Assembly: GCA_008369845.1 (NCBI GenBank)
Contig: MRSU01005723.1
Location: 1-32,823 of the forward strand
Length of the DNA: 32,823 nt
Source of the DNA: Trichomonas gallinae
Lineage: Eukaryota
Reading direction: 5' to 3'
Below the pieces are notes generated by a model, which was not told the DNA's origin, did no database searches, and was given only the letters and a program-made list of their open reading frames with translations. Every line of letters starts with the position of its first letter. The stretch's first letter is position 1. This document shows, one piece after another, positions 19,301 through 27,922 of this stretch. Made by a program: the position numbers and the translations under genes.

Positions 19301-22300
19301 GATGCATATTCCAACAGACTGGGACGGCTTCAACGTTCCAGAAATCTGTGTCACAAAGTATCCAACACCATCATTGATTTCTCTGAGATTCTTCAAAGAC
19401 AAGCTCATTCCGCTCGATTTCGATCTCGCTCAGGCCACACCTATCAACTCTGCCAAGGACTCAGACGTTCAGATGATGGTTGAGGACATTTCCGTCTGCA
19501 CTCCAGAGATGATACCGATGATGTCTCACATTAGTGTCCTCATCAGAAACAAGCAGAACATTTTCCTGCACGGCGCACAAGGCAGCGGAAAGACTGCTTT
19601 CTTGTATCAAATCTTCAACAAAGAGCCGAACCTTTATATACCTATTTTCATTCCAGTCACTCCATCGTCTACCGGTAGATCTCTTCTTGAGTTCATCAAG
19701 ACACACACACCAGTTATAACAAAGAACTACGCGATGATGAAGACGAAGGCGATTTACGCATTGATTTTCGAAGACGTTCCATACGAAAATCAAACAGCTG
19801 CTGAGTTCATCAGGCAAATAATCACAACGAAATCATTAGTCTTCTCTTCCAAAGTTGATCCTAAGTATTACGAAGAGTATCCAATTCGCAATGCTTTCAT
19901 TATCGTAACAGCGAAATCACCAACACGATTCGGTCGCCGTTTCATGAAACATTTCTATCCAATACACTTCTTGGAGCAGTCACAGACATCTCTCAGACAC
20001 GTCTTCAGGAGAGAAGCAAACTCTTTCAGCATCTCCAATCAGTTCATTGACATCGCAATGAAAGTCTTTGACGCTTTCAACGCTAAAGGTTTGAAATACA
20101 ACATGAACCAGATTCTGCAGCCATTCCCATTCTACGAGGAACGCTATTGCTCGAAGAAGGAAGACATCCCGATGTTACTGAGAGCTTTGGTCGGCCAGGC
20201 AATGTTCGCAATTGATCCACAGACAGAAGATGAAACGAACAAGATCAAGGACGCCTTCAGAGAAGTTTTGTCGCAAGATTACGGCGAGGTTATTGGCGAT
20301 TTCGCGAACAATCTGATCTACAGGACTTTGTTCACACATGATGACAATGTCACGAAAATCAACGCGAAACTTGTCTTCGATGACATGAAGACAACAATTT
20401 TGCGTTTGACACAAGAAAAAGATGCAGCAAATGCGAAACTAGCCGAGCCAATTACTTTCACTTTCGACGACAACACAGTTCACCAGTACATCCGCCTCGA
20501 GCGTGCACTTAGTTATCCTAGTGGCAGCGCTTATATAAGCGGAAGGGCATCAACAGGAAGAAGAACATTGACAAGGTTGTTCTGTCAATTGAACAATTTC
20601 GATTTCTACGACTTGAATCCTCTTGTTCCAATCCAGAACTCGTCACATCTGCACAGAAGAGCTGCCCTCAAAGGAATCATGACGACAGCAATCAGCAACG
20701 CGTTGATGAAAAACAAGAGCAGCGTCATTTTCTTGAGAGAGACGAAAGACACTTTATTCGAACAAACAGCTCTGCACAATTTCCTCCACAGGTCGAATTT
20801 CACAGAGTTTTACAACGCGCAGACTCTAGAGGAGCTCTACAAGACATACACTAAGGCTACAGGCAACATGTCTTGCGAAGAGTGCCTCAAGACTTACGCG
20901 AAGATTCGCGCAATAATTAGAGACAGAGTTCACGTTGTTGTCGCAGTTGATAATGATGAAGTTTATCCAAAATTCGCACAAGTATTCGAGTTGAAGTTCT
21001 CGGACGAGCCATGCAGCGAGAGCGTTTTCACCACAAGACTGTCAGAACAACACCAGAACCTTGCTCCTTTGTTCTCTCAGCTTCACACTTTCCTCAAACT
21101 CAAGCTCGGATCAATTATTTCTTCGAACTTGATGAACGACTTCGTTGCTTACTTCAACAGGGTCTTCAACAGCAGAAATGCAATAATGGAGACTCTCAAG
21201 CAGCAGAGAACGTCAACAGGCGAATTCTTCGACAAAGCACAAGCAAAATTGCAGACAACGAACGAGAAGATCGAAATATTGACTCCGCAGCTCGAGCAAT
21301 TGCGTGGAAAGAAAGAATCATCATCAGAATCATATAAGACACAGCTCAAAGAAGTCACTGAGAAGGAAGAAGAACTCAACAAGACAGAGAAAGAAAAAGT
21401 TGACGAAATCGAAGAAATCAAGAAACAAATGGAAACAGCGCAGCACAACAAGCAAGAATACATACAAGACTACAACATGAGGAAGTCGAAACTCAACGCT
21501 TTGACTGATAACGACTTACAGATTCTTCAGATTTCAGCTGACAATCCACCTTTGAAGTTCAAAGTCTTGATGAGAGTTTTGTGCTCATTACTCAATGTCG
21601 ACATAGACTACGAGAGCTCAGGCAAGGGAATCTTGATGAAGCCAGACTTCCCAACTTATGTAGCCAACAGCATCGACCCAACTGACACAGTTAAATACAT
21701 CGACAAGAACAATCCAACTGACATGAACATCGGCAACCAGGCCTGCCAGTTCTTCAACACAGCTCAGATCACACAGATAGAGCTCGACACTATTTCACCA
21801 CCAGCCGGCTTCTTGTTCGCTTTCGTTCATTCATGCATCAAGATTTTGTCATGCGACATTTTGTACTTCTCGAAAGTCAAATCATTGGCAGAAAAAGAAA
21901 GATTACTTGAAGAATTCAGACTGAATACTCAGAACGACAGGAAAGAGATCAAAGAAACTAAAGAGAAACTCGAGAAAGAAGCAGTTGCAAACGAAAACCA
22001 AGTTGCTGAGCTCGAGAAGATTGAAGAAGAATTCAAGAAACTGCAGTCAGACGAAAAACTTTACCAAGATGTTCTCAAAGACGCAGACAAATTTGTCAGC
22101 AGAGTCGTGAAAGGCGAAGATTTCCCTGAACAAACATTGCTTTCGGATTCATTCTTCGAGGCCGCTTTCAGGACATACGGAGGCTACATGAATCAGGTCG
22201 ACTTGGACGACTTCTTCCTCGAAATAAAGAACATCATGCAGCAGCACAACATGGAAATCTCAGGCAACGACATGGAATTCAGGACAGCGATAGCAATCGC

Positions 22301-25300
22301 GTCAACAGTCAAAGATCTTCCTCCACCAGAACAGCAGAAGAAGACATCATTCCACATCGAACTCGCAGAATGCACAGCAGCTGACACATTAAGAGTTCCT
22401 CTGATTCTCGACCAGGACGGTTTCGTTACTCACGCTATTGAAGCCCACAACAAAGGCCCAGTCGTCCACATCTGCGCACAGTCTTCTTCCATCGAGAAAT
22501 TCGTCAGCCAGGCTATGGTTGATGGAAAGTTGACTTTCATCCACGATGTAGAAGATTACAACCCGATTTTCGATCCAATCTTTGCTTATTATTACAACTC
22601 TTCTCATGAAAATCCACAGGAAGTCACAATCGGAAAGACAACAGTCAACGCTTCGCCAAGATTCAAGCTGTTCTTCATCTCGTCAAAGAATAACGCTCAC
22701 GATTTGCCAATTTCTCTTTTGGCGAGGACGTCAGTTATCAACGGCAATCTAGGTCAGATTGATGCAGCGAAGCACGAACTAACAAGGATTTTCACTCGAG
22801 CTTTAGCACCAGAAAACGAGAGCAAAGTCATGAGCGAGAGATTGTTCGAACTTCGCAGACATGTTTCCATCCACAAACTGATTATGAAGTTGCTGATGCT
22901 GATCAGCGAATCACAGCTCGATGACATGGAGACACTCAATCAAATTGTTAAAGAGAAAGAAGCTCTCGTTAAAGTTATCAGCTGCTTCGTTTCTCTTCAG
23001 AGCGACATCTTGATTGCTTTGAAGCAAATTCAGCCGACTGTTGACATCGTCAACCAGATGTGGGAAATCTCCAGCAAAGTTTTGCCAAATCTCATGGGCG
23101 GCAGCTTCGTCCGCTTCCACTCTTTCACTTCAACTCTCACTCAGTCGATCAACCAGTCAGGTATCAGGCCAGGAAAACTCGAGCAAAAGCAGATCGAAAA
23201 ACTTCATTCAACAGTTGTTGCCGCGATGCTGAAATTGATGCTCCAGCCTCTGCCAATGACAGAAGCCATCGTTTATCTTTTCTTCTGTGCAATATCAATG
23301 CGCAAAGTCGATGGATCAGAAACAGATGCAACAATCGCAGAAGTTGTCAATCACATCGCTAGTGTTTTCAGCGGAAAAGTCGACGTCAACATATCAGATG
23401 CTCTCGGCATGATGACCGACACTGTTGAAGGACTCAAGAATGCAAACGTCGCAGAAATATTCAACTTGTTCAACAGATTAATCAGCGAATATTTCACTCC
23501 GTTATATGCAACGAATTATCCAACATTCGCCATCGAATCATTCATCACAACATCATCCAATCAGCCTGTTTTCATATTGAGCGACATGCAGAACGATCCA
23601 ACATCACTGCTTTCTCAATTCGTTGCAAACAGAAACAGATTGGACTCGTTTGAAACATTCTCGCTTTCCGAAGATTCCGCTTCACTCGAGAAAATCGTTA
23701 CTTCGATTTCTCAGATGATGAACAAGTCCATTTGGGTTGCATTGCATTACTCAGATCCAACACCAGCGGCAGCATCAGCGCTCGCTGACATCTTCGCAGC
23801 TTTGCAGGGAACAGTCAGCACAAACTTCAGGCTGATAATAATCGCTCAGTCAACCAAATACATTCCTTCACATGTTTTGAGCGGCTGCACGAGATACAGT
23901 TACAACAGTTATCCAAGCGTCAGACAGCAGATGCTGCAGATCTACCAGCACTACTCGAACAGCATCAGGTCATCAACGAACCCGCGCGCAATGAAGAAGT
24001 ATTCATATGCTGCTGCTCTGATGTTCTCCGTTGTACACTTCAGAGCATCACTCGGAATTCTCGGTTTCTCAGAATTCTCTCCAGTTCCAGAAGTTGCCGT
24101 CAAAGACGTTTTCGAGCGCTTGAGGACAATCATTGACTCGAACGGCGCTGTTCCTAACCAGCAGACTCAGCAGGCACCACAGAGCTCAACAGTCAACTTG
24201 CAGCACGAGTTGCCGATAAGAAACGTCAGAGATGAAATCATGGAGATGATTTTGTCGTCATCAACATTGGATACATTCGACAGGAGGAAGCTGAGAGTCA
24301 TCATCTTCTCAATATTCGCACCAGAAGCGATCGACGACAACTTCAGGTTCATCGATGAATCATTCCAGGAACGTGAACAGTGGGTTATTCCACCTGATTC
24401 ACCAATCTCTAACTACCAGCACACAATCTCGAAGATGACTGTGTTTAATACTTGCGACATCGTCTCCATTCCACGTGTTATCTCGACACCGATCAAGTCG
24501 TGGATATTCGGACAGCAGATATCAGCTGCGATCGCTCCAATGGCAATGAAAGTCAGAGCCGAACAAGGAATCAAGAACATCAACCTTTTCGTCAATTCAC
24601 TTCCAAAGATTAAACAAGTTGAATGCTTGTCAGCCATTACTCCAACAATTATCTGGGCTCAGCACGAGTACAAGTTGCTCGAGGACGCTATAACAGCAGC
24701 AAAGGCGATTTTGGCAAAGCCAAGCTCCTCAATTATTGAATCTTTCGCCAAAGATATGTTACCAGCTGAAATCACAGATGTTTTCAATTACAGAGGAACA
24801 ACGAACCCTCAGAAGATGATAGAGAACATGACAGGCAGAGTTGAGAAACTCACCAACTGGATAGAAAACGGACGCCCAACATCAATCGATGTCAATTATT
24901 TGTGCGACATAAGAGGCTTAATTCTCGCCTATTCACACGAAGTCTCCATCATGATGAACGTCGTTGTCGACTCAATGATGGTCGATTTCGAGTTCACTGA
25001 CTCGCCTTCACATCCAAACAGCCTCATTCTCGAGGGAATCTCATTGATGTCAGGTAACTACGACGTTGTTTCACGAAAATTAGCTCCTACAAATCCGAAG
25101 ACGAAGCCTTTCATGGCGATGCCGAAGCTTTGCGTCAGCATCCTCAAGCGTGCACCACGCGAAAAGAGAGTCTACATGTGCCCAATGTTCAAGAGTTCTC
25201 CATCTTTAGACTGCACAACAGCACACGACAGAAAGAGAATTGATGGAGAAATCGAAAACTTAGTTAGATACATTCCAATACCATCAGATGTTTCTGACAA

Positions 25301-25358
25301 GAACTTAATCGCTTGCGGAACATCATTAATTTGCCATATCCCAGAACCATTTGCATAA
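13332..25358 (+). CDS. Divergent dynein heavy chain, DNAH6-like inner-arm type (4008 aa from the first ATG)
   Basis: All dynein landmarks occur in order: DNAH6-type N-terminus (FNPYELKKV…YFTMSASGVTH…LDRW…FRWKPFRIWKK), linker PRLYFLSNQEVL and HGYEFWG, four P-loops (17541, 18471, 19572, 20541), stalk coiled coil with MTBD (NPPLKFKVLMRVLCSLL…SPPAGFLFAFV), AAA5 RVPLILDQDG, AAA6 NFRLII, and C-terminal YMCPMFKS…GTSLIC. The track's start at 13212 is GTG; the first ATG is 13332. Confidence 0.93.
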   Translation: MSSSENPDIPDTELVVPKLSKTVGRGHHPVFTSANGTKSLFATRLFDNTAEEYEIVKPLNEKEEMLLRAQSPALLAFRKGTSRPATKSTARTTMNLTPSAAQMMPSLISKRPLSNLKEPTLETEAIEKERELEEQSIAFKEDPIAYFSKRKDGRGHLFIYMIYVGDKSDPAFNPYELKKVSSQEIGNDYFTMSASGVTHVMPDGSTENLTLDRWSKESSIFMAIRKLRTFSNYFRWKPFRIWKKFVMQQRFDQITDRVIQHSFFNNYAFYEAAIQILEDTCDTILKKHLLCFNTQKNYPLSTFLEISSENIEALKSEFSEFVEKVIAQLVQLDADIRDPARVIVEDSDFPEIKRRNPNLGQLMVLERKKYAESNRRNEIVKKEIGAFGHFVRLVDYVLLEQLAKSCYECWIMADENVSTDQSSIFEIQVSFNNDGTILFTPSIDEFITKLKNLFSGALKTLNDLPRVIRAGAIRQHLRESLPELNYIFDDGPSFKSFIECNAEIDRLSNHILDVITEAYHDAYEVSQQFKDYFPIYMIGEKWSPKIYIHERSTEEKEINLAFGNTSPFIFKPNKELIIDFQKIRDDYEQFRQDEIKMNQFRSCTLRGALYVDSKNMKNHLRPIPARAILEMQKMLQNLVQNKVDYFQSIFNHCHKYLRFDPTSLTDFVDFCEFSDKCDVIEPFLQPEVKFVDQLLILFDEFHIHVPQLEKNPLIPAFNVFKGDQAIAQQTKNIHSAVYINTLENQIRIQLEKLTRVQNTVSAIPVSIQQCDVDMYIPTIQQMKSKITKYQPRVVNLQHYQKILGVNKNDFSIFGEIKRKAEFDAQLYDCVAMWKGVSKIITTVPLSNVDVQKFKEDLETIDQNVQHMKENYKDPCELLAELDQAESAIVPYIEVIELLSQGRMQTHHWNTLFESCGRQNAYYSQIKIEELITLGILQQREKIIQVTSTSQGESRLEHSFQAINSHWQEVHIPLLDLQEKKDDELMLGNLDSLFAQIADTQEQLDQMLTVPFVQGIKDHVLSLSFKLENIAKILDEWLIFQSNWPLLFRLFNNEDIKNVLPACVQKFQIVRKRWQLIIKHTLEDTFLFVVCAFPQLYDILKENNNTLQWILSQVHKYIDTKRALMPRLYFLSNQEVLSMITTDDFQVFNQTIAKMFMHIKNFDSNVIDEKDTSDGTILPFNGIFSKFRLTGLVGDDGDTLPFTKPIQLSGDVDGWGPRVIEAMQLSVRDSIGSSIARFTSSSMKDWIPTVSTHIAILTLQVSFAREIQECFNNTDNPARAFSAYEQVLQSKVLEISSVMSSPLSSSEILKLSAIATFLNFLINQIGPLAEQYHYFSQELNWNSHMRFRYHNQNQTMFIDMGDSTVEHGYEFWGSSIQYIYTPASERVLNNAANAIMHNKFPMITGAEDVGKKHLIAQLANNFGRFIYFFPAFQDTPTHILSRIVTGAALTGCWLSFNNIEKLSHHNLSFIYQIIHSMNMLQNAGGSRITINDRVIELQKSCRILLSGNAAFMTSASVPPELRTILKPVAFAAPDCLQIANIKLVSSGFKFTKIIAVKLSSCINAITRTFSYIKNKSFMSYVFVILDHAHDLLRQMMHSKSASFVNYYEEPRLAEEFVVSRAIYLRFMCAVKLKHRDLLMDMIFANFHIFENIETFKDHILKPQCFHIEQAADVIREVVSKEINNMEDQLDVEYIIKQVIKLYEMMLKYPCVIICGGPNSGKSLIVHMLELAFLKLAQNADIINRFSGIMPVKICDVFQESEKYKIMFGSVKDDPEEGPIQNYGLLNTYVSQLKKYEKTHHCILRFNGPMSTNFVSYLQEFFSTSLSHKCKLNTLDTLLFDHKFHVIVETGNLAAISPSFISCCGIIPMKSFITPSMMFNQVPLPTDIVLSCREYLSKLFIEVIPKVTEYITSTNACIENLRDNFKKYMIKDALPRKSLEYTALIITTQQVDQNNEDAIKEAFLHSVFKVFCGIITEQATKDFDAWMIHTYEMHIPTDWDGFNVPEICVTKYPTPSLISLRFFKDKLIPLDFDLAQATPINSAKDSDVQMMVEDISVCTPEMIPMMSHISVLIRNKQNIFLHGAQGSGKTAFLYQIFNKEPNLYIPIFIPVTPSSTGRSLLEFIKTHTPVITKNYAMMKTKAIYALIFEDVPYENQTAAEFIRQIITTKSLVFSSKVDPKYYEEYPIRNAFIIVTAKSPTRFGRRFMKHFYPIHFLEQSQTSLRHVFRREANSFSISNQFIDIAMKVFDAFNAKGLKYNMNQILQPFPFYEERYCSKKEDIPMLLRALVGQAMFAIDPQTEDETNKIKDAFREVLSQDYGEVIGDFANNLIYRTLFTHDDNVTKINAKLVFDDMKTTILRLTQEKDAANAKLAEPITFTFDDNTVHQYIRLERALSYPSGSAYISGRASTGRRTLTRLFCQLNNFDFYDLNPLVPIQNSSHLHRRAALKGIMTTAISNALMKNKSSVIFLRETKDTLFEQTALHNFLHRSNFTEFYNAQTLEELYKTYTKATGNMSCEECLKTYAKIRAIIRDRVHVVVAVDNDEVYPKFAQVFELKFSDEPCSESVFTTRLSEQHQNLAPLFSQLHTFLKLKLGSIISSNLMNDFVAYFNRVFNSRNAIMETLKQQRTSTGEFFDKAQAKLQTTNEKIEILTPQLEQLRGKKESSSESYKTQLKEVTEKEEELNKTEKEKVDEIEEIKKQMETAQHNKQEYIQDYNMRKSKLNALTDNDLQILQISADNPPLKFKVLMRVLCSLLNVDIDYESSGKGILMKPDFPTYVANSIDPTDTVKYIDKNNPTDMNIGNQACQFFNTAQITQIELDTISPPAGFLFAFVHSCIKILSCDILYFSKVKSLAEKERLLEEFRLNTQNDRKEIKETKEKLEKEAVANENQVAELEKIEEEFKKLQSDEKLYQDVLKDADKFVSRVVKGEDFPEQTLLSDSFFEAAFRTYGGYMNQVDLDDFFLEIKNIMQQHNMEISGNDMEFRTAIAIASTVKDLPPPEQQKKTSFHIELAECTAADTLRVPLILDQDGFVTHAIEAHNKGPVVHICAQSSSIEKFVSQAMVDGKLTFIHDVEDYNPIFDPIFAYYYNSSHENPQEVTIGKTTVNASPRFKLFFISSKNNAHDLPISLLARTSVINGNLGQIDAAKHELTRIFTRALAPENESKVMSERLFELRRHVSIHKLIMKLLMLISESQLDDMETLNQIVKEKEALVKVISCFVSLQSDILIALKQIQPTVDIVNQMWEISSKVLPNLMGGSFVRFHSFTSTLTQSINQSGIRPGKLEQKQIEKLHSTVVAAMLKLMLQPLPMTEAIVYLFFCAISMRKVDGSETDATIAEVVNHIASVFSGKVDVNISDALGMMTDTVEGLKNANVAEIFNLFNRLISEYFTPLYATNYPTFAIESFITTSSNQPVFILSDMQNDPTSLLSQFVANRNRLDSFETFSLSEDSASLEKIVTSISQMMNKSIWVALHYSDPTPAAASALADIFAALQGTVSTNFRLIIIAQSTKYIPSHVLSGCTRYSYNSYPSVRQQMLQIYQHYSNSIRSSTNPRAMKKYSYAAALMFSVVHFRASLGILGFSEFSPVPEVAVKDVFERLRTIIDSNGAVPNQQTQQAPQSSTVNLQHELPIRNVRDEIMEMILSSSTLDTFDRRKLRVIIFSIFAPEAIDDNFRFIDESFQEREQWVIPPDSPISNYQHTISKMTVFNTCDIVSIPRVISTPIKSWIFGQQISAAIAPMAMKVRAEQGIKNINLFVNSLPKIKQVECLSAITPTIIWAQHEYKLLEDAITAAKAILAKPSSSIIESFAKDMLPAEITDVFNYRGTTNPQKMIENMTGRVEKLTNWIENGRPTSIDVNYLCDIRGLILAYSHEVSIMMNVVVDSMMVDFEFTDSPSHPNSLILEGISLMSGNYDVVSRKLAPTNPKTKPFMAMPKLCVSILKRAPREKRVYMCPMFKSSPSLDCTTAHDRKRIDGEIENLVRYIPIPSDVSDKNLIACGTSLICHIPEPFA

Positions 25359-25584
25359 TTTTATTATTATTTTTTTATCTGTTATTATATATTAAATAAT
25401 GTTTGCTTTATTATTCTTATATATCTGCCAGAACCATTTTTGATTATTCTTGCCGTTTACTGCAAATAATGGCAATTGCAAAAAATATAAATCAAAGTCT
25501 TTTAGTGGAAGATTCATCATCATGGCAGAGATGCATAATTTATACTACAATAAGAAGTGTAATAACATGTTTTTTGAATTAAAA

Positions 25585-25667
25585 TTTACATGTCAAATTG
25601 ATTTTTAATTTTTGACATATATTTACATGTCAAAAAGAGTTTTATTTCTGTTTATTTACATGTCAAA
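25585..25667. repeat. 3x TTTACATGTCAAA direct repeat plus a 10-bp inverted repeat upstream of the 25676 gene
   Basis: Copies at 25585, 25622 and 25655. Inverted repeat TTTTTGACAT (25609-25618), 8-nt spacer, ATGTCAAAAA (25627-25636). Confidence 0.85.
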
Positions 25668-25675
25668 ATCAAAAA

Positions 25676-26458
25676 ATGAGTTTCATATCGAATGCAGCGA
25701 CAGTTTCAGATCAGTTCAGGAAGAATATGTTGGCAAAATGTGTGATTAATCCAGAATCAGCACTTTTATCGCTTTCTTCTAAGATATTTGTTGATTCTAT
25801 CGCTAAACAATTAAACGATCCAAATACTTGTGCATCAACAATGGATGTTTTACTCAAAGAAGAGTATAATACGATTTCGATGTACTCTGATGTTGTTGTT
25901 GTAAGCTTTTCTCGTATATATCAAAATCCAAAAACACAATATGTAGCAATTTTATTAATGAAGAAGCTCATTGAAATGAACTTCAACTTTTCATCATTAG
26001 AAAGAAGAACAATAGTCGAAATATTAATAAATTCTCCTCCACACAAAAAATATCTTTCAAATTGTGCCGCAATTGTACAAAATCATTGCTGTGAGAGTGA
26101 TTCAGCAGCAAAATACGTTGTCATTTGCATTCAACAGAAAAGATTTGAAGAATCGCAAAGAGAATTTTTACGAGAAATTTGTATTACATTCCAAAATTCA
26201 ATCCCTGAGTCAATAAAAGGATACTCAGAGTCATTTAGGCTGTTCTTAGAGGAAAAAGTTGAAGCAACAAATGTTCCTGTTTTCGGTGAAACTCCAACAG
26301 AGGCCAAAATACGCGAAAAAGAAATAGAAAAAGGATTTGAGAGGTGTTTGGATGTGAATCCTTGCAGTAATATATTTGTGTTTATTATTTTTACAATTAT
26401 TACAATAATTCTGCTGTTTTACATCTCAAAGAACGGATACAGCTTCGAAGATGATTAA
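25676..26458 (+). CDS. Hypothetical tail-anchored protein (260 aa), helical/ARM-like body
   Basis: Single C-terminal TM IFVFIIFTIITIILLFYI followed by a ~10-aa tail. No signal peptide. Confidence 0.8.
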   Translation: MSFISNAATVSDQFRKNMLAKCVINPESALLSLSSKIFVDSIAKQLNDPNTCASTMDVLLKEEYNTISMYSDVVVVSFSRIYQNPKTQYVAILLMKKLIEMNFNFSSLERRTIVEILINSPPHKKYLSNCAAIVQNHCCESDSAAKYVVICIQQKRFEESQREFLREICITFQNSIPESIKGYSESFRLFLEEKVEATNVPVFGETPTEAKIREKEIEKGFERCLDVNPCSNIFVFIIFTIITIILLFYISKNGYSFEDD

Positions 26459-26638
26459 TCATTACGGTGGCAACGATTTTTTCTTATTGAGTTTTTGTTT
26501 GTATATAAAGAATATTAATAAATCCTAAATCAAGAAAGTATACATTTTATTTAATTAATCCGTTCGAAACAACATTTTTCATTTTTCATATTTTATTATT
26601 TTTCGTTCTATAAGGTTTATGATAATATTATCCCTAAT

Positions 26639-27427
26639 CTATTGATTTACCTCAACATTAGGATCCTTAAAATTGAATTTGACGAACTTTGTTACAGATT
26701 TCCCGCAAATCTTGCATGTTTTATAAAATCTTTCACTTTTATGCTGTGACAGACATCTTTCACACAATCCTGGATGATGACAAGGCTCTACGTATGTGAT
26801 TGCTGGATATTCTTCAGATTTCACATCCATCTTTTGAGCTTGCGGTTTTCGGTATAAGCAGTTACTACACATGTAACAATTGCTGGTTTTATCCCTTTTC
26901 ACTTGAGTTAATTTTTCTTTATCTTTAATTGCAAGATCTGCGGCAGTTTCAATCCAAGTATCCATTTTATCAACGGTATTTATAGATGTTAGATTTGTGT
27001 TGATTTTGAGATTTAGATTTTTAATTTGATCTAATATTTCTTGATAATTTTGTCTGATTTTATTGCATCGCTCATCATCTTTGGATAGCATAGAGCATAA
27101 TAGTGAGCATATATTATTCGTTTGACGCATTTCTTCTAAAATTTGTTCTTCAATCTTCTTTTTTATCAAATTTTTATCTTGTATCATATCTGAATCAACA
27201 TTTATATTATTTTTATGAAGATTTTCAATAGTTTTTTCGTCATTGGTTAATTTTTCAGAATTGGAATATAATTCAACGAGGCTTTTGATTGTTGAACATC
27301 TTTGTGGCAAGACTACAACATCTGGACACTCTTCTGAGTAAATGTCTCTATATGCTGCAGCAAAAATAAATTCAAAAGGATTAGTTTCCATAAAAATTTT
27401 GTTGAATTTTCCATGATAACCCTGCAT
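26639..27427 (-). CDS. Coiled-coil + C-terminal RING-HC (C3HC4, IAP/MDM2-like) putative E3 ligase. The true start may be ATG 27391 (METNPF).
   Basis: CxxCxxC…EPCHHPGLCERC…CKIC pattern, with a central coiled coil. TCAACAAAATTTTT precedes the second ATG. Confidence 0.82.
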   Translation of the reverse strand: MQGYHGKFNKIFMETNPFEFIFAAAYRDIYSEECPDVVVLPQRCSTIKSLVELYSNSEKLTNDEKTIENLHKNNINVDSDMIQDKNLIKKKIEEQILEEMRQTNNICSLLCSMLSKDDERCNKIRQNYQEILDQIKNLNLKINTNLTSINTVDKMDTWIETAADLAIKDKEKLTQVKRDKTSNCYMCSNCLYRKPQAQKMDVKSEEYPAITYVEPCHHPGLCERCLSQHKSERFYKTCKICGKSVTKFVKFNFKDPNVEVNQ

Positions 27428-27922
27428 TTTTCATCCAACCCCTATATTAACTTTTTTGTTCCATCATCGATATACTATTTAGTGTATTACCGAAATATCA
27501 GAAACTTATGGCATCTCAGAGCATATTCTATGTATTAAGGAAATAGTTCAACAACTTCATGCTGAACATTTTTTAAAGCACATATTAAGACAGTTTCACC
27601 ATATTTTCAAAAATAAAGAAGTTGAAAAATTCATGAAGATAACATAATTTAACACAAATAAATGTTGCTTGATAATTGTTATAAATTGCATGTTTATTTT
27701 TGCTAGGGGTTTATAAGATTGTTAATGAGTGATTTTTTTGTGAATCAATAACTAAAGCTGTTTGATATTTTTGTGCTCATGGATCTGGAATGAAGAATAA
27801 TATATCTTCAATTCGATTATTTTGTGAAGCAAATATTAAGGCTGTTTTGTTTCATATATAATAAAATATTCGAGGAAACTAAACTTTTTATATGAATAAA
27901 ATTTATAAAATAAATTGGATTA

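Noticed and set aside
13224..24637. Nested and antisense ORFs of 60-186 aa within the dynein gene
   Set aside because: Expected from the codon bias of the host gene. No motifs and no promoters.
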